DNA of 64,000 nt from positions 35,865-99,864 of IMG/VR virus record IMGVR_UViG_3300017991_000072; one strand, given 5' to 3'. The notes under the pieces were generated by a model. It did no database searches. It worked only from the letters and a program-made list of their open reading frames with translations, and had not been told where the DNA came from. The first letter of the stretch is position 1. The number at the start of each line of letters is the position of its first letter. Position numbers and translations under genes: made by a program. Below, piece by piece: positions 26,143 to 35,479 of this stretch. Origin of the DNA: a virus.

Positions 26143-27045
26143 CTACGGACGTTCAATGTCCATCCCACCATAGCCGTCAGGCTTGATGATCTGGACGGTT
26201 CTTCCTTCCTGGGTGATGTGAACCGTCTTTCCCTTGGCCACTTCCCGCCGGACTCTGGCCATGATGTCCATCATGGGGTCACCAGCGTCCTTCAGGCCCT
26301 TCAATAGCTCTGTGTCTGGTAGTTTGTACTGTTCCAGCTCTGGCGTCCCCTGGGGGCCGTCAGGGGGCTCTGGTGGCGTTTCTCCAAGGGCCAGGGCCTC
26401 CAGCCGCTTCTTCTCCTCTTCTTCCTTCCTGAAGATCTCCAGAAGCGTCTTGTCCCGCTCCTTGGCCATGTGTTGTCCCAGTTCCGCCGCCTTGTTCAGA
26501 AGGTCAGCCTCTTCTGGTGTGACCGTCCGCCCACCAGGGAACAGGGGAAGCCTCTTCAGCCCGCCAGCCCCGTCCTGTTGGATGGGGATTGACATCTGTT
26601 TGATCATGTTGGCCATGGCCGTCTGTTTCAGGACCTCCATGATCATGTCATTCAATTCCTGAAGGTCCTGGCTGGTCTGGATGGCCGCCCTGGCCGTCTG
26701 GATCGTGGACAACATCTGAAGGACTTCAATGGACAGCTCCTCCCCGTCCAGAAGCCCCTTCAGTTGGAGCATGAAACAGTCAGGACAGACCCTAGCTTCC
26801 CATTCATTGGGCTGACGGTAGCTCACCAAGGAGCCAAAGGAGCAATCATGACAGAAGGACTGAAGACAGCCAGGACAGACTTCACCGTAGGCCCATTCAC
26901 GGTCCATAGGGCTGGTTCCCGCTACCTGAATGACTCCGCCCTTCCTCTTGTCTACGCTGAACCCACAGCTCCTACAATGGGCCGCCTTCTTCGTCTGTCT
27001 CCACTTCTCTTCTGGGGTTTGGACGTTGGCCGCTGTCCCATTCAT
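26143..27045 (-). CDS. Zn-finger protein with helical C-terminus
   Basis: CRSC...CPGCLQSFCHDC...CPDC. Confidence 0.7.
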   Translation of the reverse strand: MNGTAANVQTPEEKWRQTKKAAHCRSCGFSVDKRKGGVIQVAGTSPMDREWAYGEVCPGCLQSFCHDCSFGSLVSYRQPNEWEARVCPDCFMLQLKGLLDGEELSIEVLQMLSTIQTARAAIQTSQDLQELNDMIMEVLKQTAMANMIKQMSIPIQQDGAGGLKRLPLFPGGRTVTPEEADLLNKAAELGQHMAKERDKTLLEIFRKEEEEKKRLEALALGETPPEPPDGPQGTPELEQYKLPDTELLKGLKDAGDPMMDIMARVRREVAKGKTVHITQEGRTVQIIKPDGYGGMDIERP

Positions 27046-27380
27046 CCCAGGGTCCTCCTTAGTATCCCCGTGTCCTTGGGTTCACTCCTGGCCAGCTTCC
27101 GCTGGATCCGAACAAACCAGCCATTCAGGGCTGACAGGGCGTCAGGGTCTCCGTTCAGGGCCAACATGACCTCCCCGCACCAACAGGAGGAACAAATATA
27201 CTGACTAGACCACAGGGAATTCATCCTGTGGGCCGGACACACCTTCTTCCCACAGGCTCCACAGGATGTCATGTCTGACTGTCTGAACTCCCCGCAAACT
27301 ACACAGCCTCCCCAAGGATCTCCCCTGGTAGCCGTGGCCGTGTAGCGCGTAGATGGTCCGCGTGGTGTTCGTGTTCTCAT
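27042..27380 (-). CDS. Zn-finger protein
   Basis: CVVC...CGACGKKVCPAH...CSSC. Confidence 0.65.
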   Translation of the reverse strand: MRTRTPRGPSTRYTATATRGDPWGGCVVCGEFRQSDMTSCGACGKKVCPAHRMNSLWSSQYICSSCWCGEVMLALNGDPDALSALNGWFVRIQRKLARSEPKDTGILRRTLG

Positions 27381-27751
27381 TTGAACCGCTCCAGATCCGT
27401 GAAGTAGGTGTAGGTGACCAAGGGCTCCCCTGTGGCCCAGTCCACGCCCTGGGTGACTGTGACCTCCGCTATTTCTCCCTTCAGGATGGAGACCACTTCT
27501 TCCACCAGACAGGCTTGACACTGGGAGTGAATGATGTCAACCATGGGCCTGAAGAGAACTGGCCCCCTGTGTTCAGGACAGGTCAGCTTCCCACAGAAGT
27601 CACAGGTCATCATCAGTGACTTGGGTTCGTCAGGGCCTTTCCGGCCGTAGCCCACGCCACAGAAGTCACAGGGGTAGTTCTTCTGAACCATTTCCGCCTT
27701 GGCCAGGACCTTCTGTAGGCCCGTGGCTCTTCTTGGCCTAACTGGTGACAT
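27377..27751 (-). CDS. Zn-finger protein
   Basis: CDFC...CDFCGKLTCPEH...CQAC. Confidence 0.65.
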   Translation of the reverse strand: MSPVRPRRATGLQKVLAKAEMVQKNYPCDFCGVGYGRKGPDEPKSLMMTCDFCGKLTCPEHRGPVLFRPMVDIIHSQCQACLVEEVVSILKGEIAEVTVTQGVDWATGEPLVTYTYFTDLERFK

Positions 27752-28286
27752 TGGCCTGTCTTTTCATCTTGTTCAACATTTGTCTGGTCAGCGTGTAGCT
27801 TCTAGCCTGGACCATCTCTTCTCCCGTGATCTCCACAGACCCGTTCATCAGAATGACCTTGATCTCCAAGACCAAACAGTCAGGACAGATCCTCTTCATG
27901 ACGCTGAACTGGGCCAGAGACGGGGCCACGTGGCTCCCACAGACTACCCTATGACACCTGGGACAGTTGGCCGTCCTGGGGTTCTTGTAGTAAACGTCAG
28001 CCCCACAGAAACAACAGGAGCCCTTCCCTGGGCCTGGTGGGTTCTGTAGCTGTGTCTTTAGGTTCTGGAGCCGTGGTGTCATCATAGCCGCGTCCGTGAC
28101 GTGGTAGTCCGCCGTCATCATGATGGGGGTGTTGATCGTGTCTCCTGTAGCCAAGATCCTGGACGCCAGCTCCCGGACCTCCGCCTGGGCCTCTTCAGCT
28201 TCCTGTTTGGCCTTGGCCTCCCTTCTGTCTTCAAAGGCCCTTCCTGACAGGACCTTCCAAACACTATTCAGCCACTTGATGTCCAT
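27738..28286 (-). CDS. Zn-finger protein
   Basis: CCFC...CPRCHRVVCGSH...CPDC. Confidence 0.65.
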   Translation of the reverse strand: MDIKWLNSVWKVLSGRAFEDRREAKAKQEAEEAQAEVRELASRILATGDTINTPIMMTADYHVTDAAMMTPRLQNLKTQLQNPPGPGKGSCCFCGADVYYKNPRTANCPRCHRVVCGSHVAPSLAQFSVMKRICPDCLVLEIKVILMNGSVEITGEEMVQARSYTLTRQMLNKMKRQANVTS

Positions 28287-28722
28287 GGTTCGCCAATACC
28301 TTGACCAGCTCCTTGATGTCCTGGATGGCCCTGAAGCGTTCATCAGCCTGGGTCCTGGTCTCCACGCCCTGGGCTCTGGCTGTCTCCAGCTCCTTGGTCA
28401 GGTAGCCTATTCTGTCCTTCAGCTCCCGCTTCTCCCTGGCGTTGTTCTCCGCCTGGGACTTCAGCGTGTCAATCTGGACTTCCTTTTCATGGGCCACGTT
28501 GACCATCTGTTGTTCTGTCTTCTTGGCCTGGTCCTCCACCTTCTCCAGATCCTTGATCCTGGCCCTGTAGCGTTCGTTCTCCTCCACAATGGACTCCAAC
28601 TGGGCCTTGGTGGAGTCCAACTGATCCTGGACCGCTTTTCTGGTCTCCTCCGCCCTGATGGCCCGCTGGTCCAGTTCAAACTTCGTCTGTTCATCCTTCG
28701 TCTTTGGTTTCTCTGACTCCAT
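28264..28722 (-). CDS. Coiled-coil protein
   Basis: ORF, GGAGG SD. Confidence 0.65.
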   Translation of the reverse strand: MESEKPKTKDEQTKFELDQRAIRAEETRKAVQDQLDSTKAQLESIVEENERYRARIKDLEKVEDQAKKTEQQMVNVAHEKEVQIDTLKSQAENNAREKRELKDRIGYLTKELETARAQGVETRTQADERFRAIQDIKELVKVLANHGHQVAE

Positions 28723-29176
28723 AGCCCGCCTCCGCCAAGATCTCCGTCCTGACTTCTTCGTCAGGTTCCGTGAACGCCCTGGTCAGCTCCAGAAGCCTGG
28801 GGTCAGCGTCCTTGTCAAGAGCCTGAAGGAAGACCTCCATGACGTACTGACCAAACCTGTCCCCTTCCGCTTCGTCCGTGATCCCCAGGAAGACAGCGCC
28901 AAGGGAGGCCGCGCCGAAGATACACCCTACCTTCATCAGGGCGTCCGCCTTGGTACTGACCCCCGTGGTGTTGATCACGTCAGCAAAATTGACCACATGG
29001 ATCTCTATGGCCTCTATGACCCTTTCCTTCCACTCTTCCCCCTCCCTGATGTCCACAGGGATGGGCCTGGTCTGGGCCTTCTTCTTCGTGGCTTTCTTCG
29101 TGGCCTTCTTCGTGGGGGGCTTGGCCGGTCCGTTGACTTTTCCCGCTGTCTTCCGCCTGGGGGCTTTCTTCGCCAT
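28691..29176 (-). CDS. Hypothetical protein with histone H1-like Lys/Ala N-terminus
   Basis: TKKATKKATKKKA. Confidence 0.65.
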   Translation of the reverse strand: MAKKAPRRKTAGKVNGPAKPPTKKATKKATKKKAQTRPIPVDIREGEEWKERVIEAIEIHVVNFADVINTTGVSTKADALMKVGCIFGAASLGAVFLGITDEAEGDRFGQYVMEVFLQALDKDADPRLLELTRAFTEPDEEVRTEILAEAGYGVRETKDEG

Positions 29177-29187
29177 GACTGTTCCTT

Positions 29188-29622
29188 TCAGTTGGGTGGT
29201 CCCGTTGGGATCGTGATGGGGACAGGGATCAGATCACTGACCGTGTGTCCCGTCAGCCTCTTGACCTGGCTTTCCACAGCCCGCTCCAGGTGGACCTCCG
29301 CTTCCTCTGGAGTCTCCGCCATGTAGGCCCTGGAGTAGTGGACCAGGGGTTCATGTTTCACTGGGTCAAGGTGTTCCAGGAAGATCCTGTAGGCGAACAG
29401 AACCAGCCCGTCCAGCTCCTCCGCCGTCTTCAGGTCCAATCTGAAGGCCATGAACTTGACCACGCCCATCAGTTGGCCGGAGACCCTTGGGTAGTCCAGG
29501 GGAGCGTCTATCCCGTTCAGGGCCGTGGCCTCCATCTTCGCAAAGTCCGCCAACATCTGAAGAAGGATCTCCTTCAGGGCCTTCCGCGTGGCTTCCTTGT
29601 CCTGGTCTTTCATACTGAACAT
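29188..29622 (-). CDS. Hypothetical protein
   Basis: AAGGAGG SD. Confidence 0.65.
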   Translation of the reverse strand: MFSMKDQDKEATRKALKEILLQMLADFAKMEATALNGIDAPLDYPRVSGQLMGVVKFMAFRLDLKTAEELDGLVLFAYRIFLEHLDPVKHEPLVHYSRAYMAETPEEAEVHLERAVESQVKRLTGHTVSDLIPVPITIPTGPPN

Positions 29623-29635
29623 CCTGTCCTCCTTT

Positions 29636-30115
29636 TCAGTTCAGGCTTGGCTCCAAGACCCGCCTGATGATCTCTTGTGTGACTTTCTGTGTGGGCTCTG
29701 ATGGCTTGGGGTAGTCCGTCTGTTCTTTGATGGCTCCAGCTTCGTTCATCAGATACCAGATAGCGTCCTGGATGGCTATCTGGCTGTCCTTTGGGTTTCC
29801 CTTGAACATGGAGTCAGCGTATTGAAACAGGATGGGGACCAGCTCATGAACAGGGGGTCCCTCCCCCGCGTAGCCGTCACAGGCCACCCTGACCAAGTCT
29901 CCAGGGTCACCGTTCTTCTGGTCTGACTGGTCCTCCTTCCACCTGATGAAGGCCAGGAAGATGGCCGCGCCAATAAGCGTCCCAACTTCGTAGAACCAGG
30001 TGGCGGGGTGGACAGACTCCCCTGGCCCCGCGCTGTCTACATACTGGTGGTGGCTCTTGGCGACAGCCGCGCCAAAATTCTCCAGCTCTTGGGTCAAGTA
30101 TTCAATCATGGTCAT
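29636..30115 (-). CDS. Hypothetical protein
   Basis: ORF. Confidence 0.6.
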   Translation of the reverse strand: MTMIEYLTQELENFGAAVAKSHHQYVDSAGPGESVHPATWFYEVGTLIGAAIFLAFIRWKEDQSDQKNGDPGDLVRVACDGYAGEGPPVHELVPILFQYADSMFKGNPKDSQIAIQDAIWYLMNEAGAIKEQTDYPKPSEPTQKVTQEIIRRVLEPSLN

Positions 30116-30572
30116 CTTCCCGTTCCTCCGCCAAACAGTTCAGACAGATCAGCTTTCCGTCCGTTGGAGCGTGGCCGCCCCTGGGTTCCTTCCTGAAGAG
30201 CGCGTTGAACCGTAGCGCCCGTCCGTTGGGAAGCTTCACCTTCAGGGCCTTCTCTGTCCCATCGTATCCGCAAACACTACAGGCCCCGCCCAACATGTCC
30301 ACCAGCGCCATCCATCTCCTGGTCTTGGCGTCCTTGATGGACTTGACATGACAGGACCTACATTCAGAGAAGAACCGTTTTCCCCTCTTGAACAGTTGGA
30401 GCGCCTTGGTCTCCCCACAGACAGCGCATACTCTGACCGTTTCCCCCATTCTGGGGTCCTTCTCCCCTCTGACGTTGGGGGAGTAGGGTTTACAGTCAAA
30501 ACAGACCTTCCTTGGGTAGCCTACCAGGTCAAACTCCTGGCCACAGCGTTCACAGACGCCCTTCTTCTTCAT
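30102..30572 (-). CDS. Multi-CxxC protein resembling a degenerate HNH homing endonuclease
   Basis: CAVCGETK..F...SECRSC...LGGACSVCGY...LICLNC; catalytic His not evident. Confidence 0.55.
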   Translation of the reverse strand: MKKKGVCERCGQEFDLVGYPRKVCFDCKPYSPNVRGEKDPRMGETVRVCAVCGETKALQLFKRGKRFFSECRSCHVKSIKDAKTRRWMALVDMLGGACSVCGYDGTEKALKVKLPNGRALRFNALFRKEPRGGHAPTDGKLICLNCLAEEREDDHD

Positions 30573-30935
30573 CTAGTCCTCCTCTACCATCTCTGGCTCC
30601 TGGTCCTCCTCTTCATCGTCATCCTCTTCCAGGGGGACGTAGGCCGTCTCCACCCTGGAGTCAGACGGAAGGAACCAGACACCTGGGTAGTCCTGGCTGT
30701 GTGTGATGTCCTCCGGAAGACACCCAAAGACCAACAGGATCTTCTCCTTGGGCTCCAGCTCTACCGCTTCACCGTCCTGGTTCACAAACAGCTCCCCAAC
30801 TTCCAGTTCCACCTTCCTGGGCTGTGGCCGCTGGAAGAGAACCGCTATCATGACCATGATCAGGACGATCCCCAGGACCGCTATGGCCACTACCGCCGGG
30901 GTCAGGGCTCCGTTGATGACCTCCATCAGTTCCAT
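30573..30935 (-). CDS. Membrane protein
   Basis: N-terminal TM helix. Confidence 0.6.
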   Translation of the reverse strand: MELMEVINGALTPAVVAIAVLGIVLIMVMIAVLFQRPQPRKVELEVGELFVNQDGEAVELEPKEKILLVFGCLPEDITHSQDYPGVWFLPSDSRVETAYVPLEEDDDEEEDQEPEMVEED

Positions 30936-31072
30936 CCGTTTCTCCTTCCGTGTGTTGGGCCGTGGCCCGTGTCAGTGTTTGCGTGTGAAGTCAATGTGTA
31001 TCAGCCATCCTGTGAAAACCGCCAGCGCCAGTAGCGCCAGAATTAGGGGTAGATCTCCAAGGTTGAACATAA

Positions 31073-31145
31073 TGACCCTGGGGGGAATTGAACCCTCCGC
31101 CGCTGGTGTGAAAGACCAGTGTCCTGACCATTAGACCACAGGGCC
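31073..31145 (-). tRNA. tRNA-Glu (TTC), CCA not encoded
   Basis: Reverse complement folds as a cloverleaf: acceptor GGCCCTG/CAGGGTC, D arm GTC/GAC, anticodon stem CTGGT/ACCAG with loop CT-TTC-AC, T loop TTCAATT. Confidence 0.85.
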
Positions 31146-31158
31146 GCCGCTTCATATT

Positions 31159-31701
31159 CTAGCTCCTGACCTCTACATCCACAAAGGATCCAGGAGTCCC
31201 GCCAAACCAGACAGCCCCTTCTTCTATACAGGGGGAATAGATCATGAACTTCCGCCGCTTTTCATCGTAGGTGAAAACCTGGACCCGTCCGTCAGCCGCC
31301 TGTTCCCAGACGCCCACGTCTCCCGCCAGATCGTTCACTTCCCTGACAGCCGTGGAGCCGTCATGGTAGACCAGTAGGAACCATGTTTCTCCCATAGCCT
31401 TCTCCTTCTCTGGTTGGCCCCCTTCAAACCAGTCAATCCAAGACTGGTCCCCGGAGTCCGCCGCTTCCAGACGCCGTAGCTCCCCCGTCAGAACCATGAC
31501 CTGGGCCGTGGTCCCCCCAATATCAGCCTGGACCTGGGCCATCTCCCGTTCCAGCTTGGCTTCAGCTTCCTTGATCTCCGCCCTGGAAACCGCCAGGGAA
31601 CCCAACTTCTCCTCCAGGCCAGCCGCCGTCAGCCGCTTGGCCAGGATTTCATCTTCAACTTCCCTGATCCGCTCCCTGATGTCCGTCCTGTCCTTTGTCA
31701 T
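31159..31701 (-). CDS. Coiled-coil hypothetical protein
   Basis: ORF. Confidence 0.65.
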   Translation of the reverse strand: MTKDRTDIRERIREVEDEILAKRLTAAGLEEKLGSLAVSRAEIKEAEAKLEREMAQVQADIGGTTAQVMVLTGELRRLEAADSGDQSWIDWFEGGQPEKEKAMGETWFLLVYHDGSTAVREVNDLAGDVGVWEQAADGRVQVFTYDEKRRKFMIYSPCIEEGAVWFGGTPGSFVDVEVRS

Positions 31702-31855
31702 GTTTCCTGTCCTTCACCCTGGGGGTCCTGTAGTCCCCTGGGTAGATCTTGCCCTGTGTGTCTCTGGCCACCATGGTCAGGAAGATCAGGGCCAGGAGCC
31801 CGAAGGCTCCAAGCCCCAATCCGACCTTGACCAATATGATGATCCAGTTAGCCAT
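31655..31855 (-). CDS. Small membrane protein
   Basis: TM helix. Confidence 0.5.
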   Translation of the reverse strand: MANWIIILVKVGLGLGAFGLLALIFLTMVARDTQGKIYPGDYRTPRVKDRKHDKGQDGHQGADQGS

Positions 31856-32160
31856 TATCTAGCGTTGATCTCCAGGTCCTTCTTCTTGTTCACGTCCTGA
31901 ATGGGCTTCAGATGGAAGGGGAATTCTCCGCCCGCCAACATCCGCGCCAGCCACCTGTATTCCTGAATGACCCTTTCAGCCGCCGTCTTCTGGGCCTCCA
32001 GGATCTTGGCGTTCTGGTTCTCTGACTTCAGAACATTCATGACCGCCTGGTTGGCTTCCATAGCCTTGTCCGCGCCGTCTTCCAGCGCGTCCACCTGGCT
32101 CTTCAGGTCTTCAATCTCCTGAAGTAGGTCCGCCTTCGTCCGCCTGTCCTTGTTCGCCAT
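31855..32160 (-). CDS. Coiled-coil hypothetical protein
   Basis: GGAGG SD before ATG 32160. Confidence 0.6.
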   Translation of the reverse strand: MANKDRRTKADLLQEIEDLKSQVDALEDGADKAMEANQAVMNVLKSENQNAKILEAQKTAAERVIQEYRWLARMLAGGEFPFHLKPIQDVNKKKDLEINAR

Positions 32161-32338
32161 CTTTGTCCTCCATGTGTTGGGCCGCCTCCGCCATCTTGGC
32201 CAACCTGGCCATCCAGAGACGGGCCTTCGTTTCATCGTGGAACTCCACTGTCCGTTCAGCCTTGTCTATGGGGTCCTTCCCGTGAAGGACCCTGGCTGTG
32301 AACTGGAGTCTATACGTCTTCTTGGGGTTCTCCTCCAT
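32111..32338 (-). CDS. Hypothetical protein
   Basis: GGAG SD. Confidence 0.55.
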   Translation of the reverse strand: MEENPKKTYRLQFTARVLHGKDPIDKAERTVEFHDETKARLWMARLAKMAEAAQHMEDKDGEQGQADEGGPTSGD

Positions 32339-32762
32339 CCGTCAGCTCCTCCTGACTCTGGGCCGTGGCCGCCCCTTGGAAGTCATCCTGAAGGGGTCCC
32401 TCCACCCTGGCGTTGGCCTTTGGAACCTCCGTGGGCTCCCCCAACTCCGCGTCCTTGTCCAGCCATTCCTGGATCACGCCAATGATGAACTCCAGGATGT
32501 CCTTCAGGACTTCAATGTCCAGAACGTCCCCGATAGACAGGGACAACATCTTGGCTTCCAATGGCGTAGCGTTGGGAAGGTCCCGAACGTCCACAGAGAT
32601 GTGGCCAGCGTCCGCTGGTAGCGTGACGTTCAGTTGAAGGTTCTTGGTGGGGGACTCCGCCATGATCTGGGCTTTGATAGGGCCGCCTCTTCCAACAGCC
32701 TCAAATTCAAAGACCACATCCCGGCCGCCAACAGTCCGCTTGAATGATACCAGTTCCGCCAT
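32310..32762 (-). CDS. Hypothetical protein
   Basis: ORF. Confidence 0.6.
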   Translation of the reverse strand: MAELVSFKRTVGGRDVVFEFEAVGRGGPIKAQIMAESPTKNLQLNVTLPADAGHISVDVRDLPNATPLEAKMLSLSIGDVLDIEVLKDILEFIIGVIQEWLDKDAELGEPTEVPKANARVEGPLQDDFQGAATAQSQEELTDGGEPQEDV

Positions 32763-33180
32763 GTTCCATCCTTTCCGTGTAGGGTTTCAGTGACTTGGAC
32801 TATGTGTTCAGAACTCTATTCTGTTTCCTGGTGTGGATCCAGTTCTTTCAGCGCCTCCTGGAGTATGTCACTAATTTCTGGGTTTGGGACCTTCTCTCCG
32901 TTGAAGTCAATCCCATAGTCATCCCAGATCGTTCCGGCCACCCACGAAGCCTTGACCTCTTCAACCGTTGGTAGCGCCAAGACAGCCCCTTTCAGTTCTC
33001 TGGTCTACAGGTAGATCACATCTTTCATCATACCTCTTGACCTTGACGAAGGGAAGACAGGATGGGTCCGTCCACGCCAGGACTTCTTGGATGTGTTGGT
33101 GGCGTGTGGGGACGTTGGCGTTGACCTTCGCCACACAGAGCCCTTCAGCCGTCCTACATCCAGCGCGTTCACACATCATC

Positions 33181-33552
33181 CTACTCCTTGGGTGGTTTCA
33201 ACAGCCGCCTCCGCGTTGGGGGCTTCTCCTTCTTAGCCTTCAACATCTGAGCCCTTGAAATGGTCCTGGAGAACTTCTTGGGTGGGGTCACTTCAGGGGC
33301 CTGGTCTACGGGTATTCCAAACAGGTCATCCAGTGAGATCTCCAGGGCGTCCGCTATCCGGAGCGCCGTGTGGATGTTCATCAGGGACCCAGTCTTCATT
33401 CCCTTGGTGATGGCTTCGTAGCTGACGCCCGCTATCCTGGCCAGGTCCACCTTCTTCCTGATCCCCACGTCCAACATGGCCTCTTCCAGCCTGTTGGTGT
33501 AGCGTCCGTTCAGTTCCGCCCTGATCTCCTTGAAGCTTGGTGTGTCAGCCAT
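33181..33552 (-). CDS. XRE-family HTH transcriptional regulator
   Basis: LARIAGVSYEAIT...ALRIADALEISLDDLF. Confidence 0.8.
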   Translation of the reverse strand: MADTPSFKEIRAELNGRYTNRLEEAMLDVGIRKKVDLARIAGVSYEAITKGMKTGSLMNIHTALRIADALEISLDDLFGIPVDQAPEVTPPKKFSRTISRAQMLKAKKEKPPTRRRLLKPPKE

Positions 33553-33590
33553 GAATGTTCCTTCAGTATATTTTTTCGTGTTATGTCACT

Positions 33591-33619
33591 ACTATAGCCC
33601 GTCCGCCGGTTCTTGTCAA
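33591..33619 (-). promoter_or_regulatory. Sigma70 promoter (minus strand)
   Basis: TTGACA-17-TATAGT. Confidence 0.75.
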
Positions 33620-33648
33620 GTGAAAACACAACATTAGGGTCACTTTTT

Positions 33649-34935
33649 TCACATTTTTCTGGCTACCAGGACCAGCTCTGTGGGGTAGGCTGTCTTGACT
33701 CCTGGCCCCGCCTTGGAGAACCGCCCTGTCTTGGGATCCCTGGTTGACGGGAGAAGCTTGGAAGGGATCTCCCGCTTGAAGACCTTGTGAAGGTTGAACT
33801 TCAGGTCCTCCAACATCTCACAGAAGACCCCTCCGTTCTCTATGGGGACTCCCTTCAACTGGGTGTCCCCTATCACTATGACCATGTAGCCGCCCTTGGC
33901 CAGGACCCGCTTCATCTCCCCCCACGTCCGCTCCATGTCCGCGTAGTAGGCGTTCACAGCGCCCGCCGTCTTGACTGACTTCTCCTTCAACCTGGCCACT
34001 GTCTGGAGCGCCAGTTGGCTGGTGGGCTTCTCATGAAACCCCGCCCGACAGTTGGACCCAATGTAGAAGGACTTGACCTTGGCGTCCACGCCGCCCAGGT
34101 TCAGCCAGCCAATGGACAGTTGGTGGATTGACAGGTATTCGTAGGACGTACAGTAGGGAGGAGATGTGACGATCATTCCCGCCTTCCCCGCCCCAAGCTT
34201 GGTCAGCCAGGGGTGTCTTGGGATCGTCTGATAGGGAATGTGGCTCCGCCGAAGGATCAGAGGGACAGCGTCCCAGTAGGCCGCGTTCCCGTCCGCCATG
34301 ACATCCAGGTGGGCCAGGAACAGCTCTTCAGCGTTCCGTGGCTTCTTGTCCTTCTGTTTCTGTGGCTTGGTGGACTGATCATTCCACCAGGACGATGGCT
34401 TCAGGATGTGGCTGAAGGCCACCTTCAGGAACATCTGGATCTCCGGATCCTGGACCGCCATGATGTGACCCAGGATGTGGCCTAGCCTGTAGATGTTCTC
34501 TTGGGGAAACCACTTCAGGATCAGATCTTCATGGACCTCTGGGATAATGGGGGACGGGGACGGACTCCCCACAAGTCCTCTGACAGACTTCAACCTATGT
34601 TCCAGTTTTTCAGGATCTATTGGCCGCGCCTTGACTTCCGTGATCAGCGTGGCCAAGGGGTTGATGTCCGCCCCCGCCGCCCTATGGCCCCGGAGGAGAC
34701 TACAGACCAAGGTGGTTCCAGACCCACAGAATGGGTCCAGAACAAGGGCCTCCTGACTTGGCCCGTAGTCTTCCAGGGCTTTGTCCACCAGTTGGGGAAT
34801 GAACTTGGCCGGGTATCTATGATAGCCGTGGGTGTAGGCCGCCCGCTCCGCCCTTGACACGTCCGCAAAGGACCAGTCAGGATCCACGAAGGCCCGGGCC
34901 GCCAGGTCAGAATAAAAGGCCGCCTTATTCCCCAT
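33649..34935 (-). CDS. DNA N4-cytosine methyltransferase (motif I before SPPY)
   Basis: THGYHRYPAKF, VLDPFCGSGTT, IVTSPPY; start ATG 34935. Confidence 0.88.
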   Translation of the reverse strand: MGNKAAFYSDLAARAFVDPDWSFADVSRAERAAYTHGYHRYPAKFIPQLVDKALEDYGPSQEALVLDPFCGSGTTLVCSLLRGHRAAGADINPLATLITEVKARPIDPEKLEHRLKSVRGLVGSPSPSPIIPEVHEDLILKWFPQENIYRLGHILGHIMAVQDPEIQMFLKVAFSHILKPSSWWNDQSTKPQKQKDKKPRNAEELFLAHLDVMADGNAAYWDAVPLILRRSHIPYQTIPRHPWLTKLGAGKAGMIVTSPPYCTSYEYLSIHQLSIGWLNLGGVDAKVKSFYIGSNCRAGFHEKPTSQLALQTVARLKEKSVKTAGAVNAYYADMERTWGEMKRVLAKGGYMVIVIGDTQLKGVPIENGGVFCEMLEDLKFNLHKVFKREIPSKLLPSTRDPKTGRFSKAGPGVKTAYPTELVLVARKM

Positions 34936-35269
34936 TGGTGTCTCCACGTGTTGGTGTTGGCCCTGTCCCTTCCAGCTCCGCCGGATAGGTGATGTCATCC
35001 AGCTCTTCATCCAGAAGGTCCTGGGCCGTGTATTGGTCTTTGATCTGGATTTCACAGCCTCCGCCCTTGACCGCGTTGACCAAGAGCGCCGTGGACAGTT
35101 GGACCTGGTCCCAGGGCTCCAGCTCCCAGGGGAGTAGGATCTGGGTGTGTAGGGCCTTCCTGGCCGCGTATTTCGTCCCACAATAGAACCCCATGGAGAA
35201 GATGGCCACCAGCGTCAGCGTGATGGCCACCCCTAGCCACAGCCCTGGGGGCCGCCTGTCCTCTGTCAT
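34925..35269 (-). CDS. Membrane protein
   Basis: TM helix, SD. Confidence 0.6.
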   Translation of the reverse strand: MTEDRRPPGLWLGVAITLTLVAIFSMGFYCGTKYAARKALHTQILLPWELEPWDQVQLSTALLVNAVKGGGCEIQIKDQYTAQDLLDEELDDITYPAELEGTGPTPTRGDTNGE

Positions 35270-35280
35270 CCTGTCCTCCT

Positions 35281-35469
35281 TCAGTTTCTCCGTTTTTGGA
35301 TGTAGTCTTCCACGTCTTCTTGTGACACCCGGAGGGACTTCTGGCCTATGCGGAAGGAAGGGATGTCCCCCCGCTGGACCATTCTGTAGACGGTCATCCT
35401 GTGGACTCCCATCTGGTCCGCCGCCTCCTTCAGCTTTATCAGCTTGGGTCCTTTGGGTTCGTTTTCCAT
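35281..35469 (-). CDS. Excisionase-type HTH DNA-binding protein
   Basis: EAADQMGVHRMTVYRMVQRGDIPSFRIG..LRV. Confidence 0.8.
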   Translation of the reverse strand: MENEPKGPKLIKLKEAADQMGVHRMTVYRMVQRGDIPSFRIGQKSLRVSQEDVEDYIQKRRN

Positions 35470-35479
35470 GGTAGCCTTC

